From positions 64,001 to 128,000 of the forward strand of contig CAVXTM010000015.1 in the NCBI GenBank assembly GCA_963764725.1: a stretch of 64,000 nt of DNA. Reading direction: 5' to 3'. The position numbers were made by a program, and so were the translations under genes. The stretch is from an uncultured Gammaproteobacteria bacterium (GTDB taxonomy: Bacteria > Pseudomonadota > Gammaproteobacteria > JACCXJ01). The notes beneath the pieces are model-generated. The model ran no database searches and was not told the DNA's origin. It saw only the letters and a list, made by a program, of their open reading frames with translations. Within the stretch, counting starts at the first letter, position 1. Each line of letters begins with the position of its first letter. Positions 61,499 to 64,000 of this stretch are shown here, in pieces.

Positions 61499-61616
61499 TG
61501 TCTGGCGACCATAGCGAGCGGGAACCACCTGATCCCATCTCGAACTCAGAAGTGAAACCGTTCAGCGCCGATGATAGTGTGGGATAGCCCATGTGAAAGT
61601 AGGTCATCGCCAGGCG
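61499..61616 (+). rRNA. rrf: 5S rRNA
   Basis: CTGGCGACCATAGC...CCCATCTCGAACTCAGAAGTGAAAC...GTCATCGCCAGG. Confidence 0.97.
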
Positions 61617-61624
61617 CTTAAAGC

Positions 61625-61660
61625 AAAACCCCTGCATCCTATTGCAGGGGTTTTTATTTT
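61625..61660 (+). terminator. rRNA operon intrinsic terminator
   Basis: AAAACCCCTGCA-TCCTAT-TGCAGGGGTTTT plus T run. Confidence 0.9.
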
Positions 61661-61847
61661 GCGACTACTGCACGACTTGGTTTTGAAATTGGGCTATATT
61701 TAGTTTTAACAGCGTTCCATGGTGGTTTACGAAGTGTGCTCAGGAAGGGTTTATAGGCTCGGCCAAGAATCGCGGTAAAGCGGCGAAACTGCGAGTCCAG
61801 ATGGCTAAATGCGTCGCTATAACGCGACCACAAACAAAGGGGGAACG

Positions 61848-62084
61848 ATGGTTGAATCCGATGATGAGATAACGCAGGCTCTCTTAGCATCGAGCGAGGA
61901 TTTCAAACGCCTTTACCAGAAGCATAGGGGATTAAAGGACCAGGTGCACCAGGCAAACACGGGCGCACTCCCGCTTGATGACATCTCGTTGGAAAACTTG
62001 AAAAAACAAAAGTTGCTGCTCAAGGATAGAATGGCTTCGATGATCAAGGCTTACCGCGAGAGCAAGCTGGCAATCGGGGGCTAA
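61848..62084 (+). CDS. DUF465/YdcH-family small protein
   Basis: FKRLYQKHRGL...LENLKKQKLLLKDRM. Confidence 0.8.
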   Translation: MVESDDEITQALLASSEDFKRLYQKHRGLKDQVHQANTGALPLDDISLENLKKQKLLLKDRMASMIKAYRESKLAIGG

Positions 62085-62763
62085 TATGCAAGTGTATGCA
62101 ACCTTTCCCCTCGATTATCAACGCGCCTATGGCGAGCGCGACTAGAACGAAAAGGTAAAGCCGCCGTGGAAGAGGCACGGCGTGTGCTAAATCGGTGCCC
62201 ACGATCGAGATGGCGGGCAAACGCGGATAAATCAAGAAAAGAGTTGCGGCCCCCAACGCACCGGCGCCGATCGACGACAGCGTTACTAAAACACCGAGGA
62301 AAACTCCAACAACGAACGTGATCGGTGCCTTTAGGCGGCTGTGAACAGCCCGTAACGCGGAAAACCGTTCCTGCAAACTGAAGTCGATAAGCTGCTTTTT
62401 TAACAATAGCACCATTGACGTCAGTATCAACGCGATACCGAGCGTTGACGTAATGAGCGCGGTATAGTCGATTCCGCGATCGTTGAAGTGCTTCAACACC
62501 CAAACCGTGAGCGCCGATGCCGGTAAACTTCCGGCACTCATGATCCGCACGATGTGCCAATTAATCGTGCCCTGCCGATGATGCACCCAGATCCCGCCGC
62601 ACTTCGTGATCGCGGCGTAGAGAAGATCCGTGCCGACGGCGATCGCCGGGTTAATCCCAAATACAAGTACCAAGATGGGGGTCATGAGCGAACCACCGCC
62701 GACACACGTCAGACCGACGACAAACCCGACTACAAAACCCGAAATCGTATAGGCAAAATCCAT
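62044..62763 (-). CDS. TauE/SafE-family sulfite exporter (C-terminus appears shortened)
   Basis: VGGGSLMTP, AVGTDL, SIGAGA, IVGTDLAHAVPL. Divergent from cysB. Confidence 0.85.
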   Translation of the reverse strand: MDFAYTISGFVVGFVVGLTCVGGGSLMTPILVLVFGINPAIAVGTDLLYAAITKCGGIWVHHRQGTINWHIVRIMSAGSLPASALTVWVLKHFNDRGIDYTALITSTLGIALILTSMVLLLKKQLIDFSLQERFSALRAVHSRLKAPITFVVGVFLGVLVTLSSIGAGALGAATLFLIYPRLPAISIVGTDLAHAVPLPRRLYLFVLVALAIGALIIEGKGCIHLHISPRLPACSRGKP

Positions 62764-62879
62764 TGTGAAGTTTGGTTCTTAGTGTGTTGCGCACTCCAGT
62801 GTAGTAATATCGATTGATAATAACAACGATAGCTTGGTTATATCTTTATCGTATATAGCTATAAATCAAACGTCGCCTA

Positions 62880-63855
<976 letters not shown>

Positions 63856-64000
63856 CTCGGGAGGGCTGGTATCGGCAGGCATTGCAGCGGTGCCCGATTA
63901 TAGAAAATCCGGCACCTGCTCCATCATTTCGTCAACGGCGTCTTTGCCCGAAACTTCGCGGTTTAATACTTCCTTGACGAATCGAAAGTAAGAGGTATAA

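Overview
A GC-rich gammaproteobacterial chromosome segment (judged from the rRNA operon and housekeeping genes), probably an imperfectly polished long-read assembly because hemL, cysB, the hsd genes and others carry single-base frameshifts. Core genes are hppA, dacB, arfB, grxD, gcvR/gcvP, rraA, a PepSY + two-component locus, hemL, thiE, rubredoxin, hemJ, argC, bactofilin, erpA, an M23 peptidase, tyrS, a full 16S-tRNA(Ile)-tRNA(Ala)-23S-5S operon and cysB. Two defence loci (a XamI-like type II R-M at 3.5-6.1 kb and a type I R-M at 40.2-48.2 kb) each lie next to a copy of the same ~150-bp MITE-like element. The most unusual region is 26-38.8 kb. There an ECF sigma / zinc anti-sigma / subtilase operon has the motif TGAACC-N16-GAAATA upstream, and the same motif recurs in three copies of a ~300-bp leader module. 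These modules, together with a structured 5' leader and a reused RBS + signal peptide, are joined to different, GC-richer secreted hydrolase genes or gene fragments (esterases, pectinacetylesterase, S1 protease, haloperoxidase fragment). This looks like a local array of expression/secretion cassettes with exchangeable cargo. No recombinase is visible in the window. Other points are an orphan sRNA candidate (51117-51203), REP-like palindromes inside hsd genes, and a BqsR-type box. All coordinates and alignments were made by eye.
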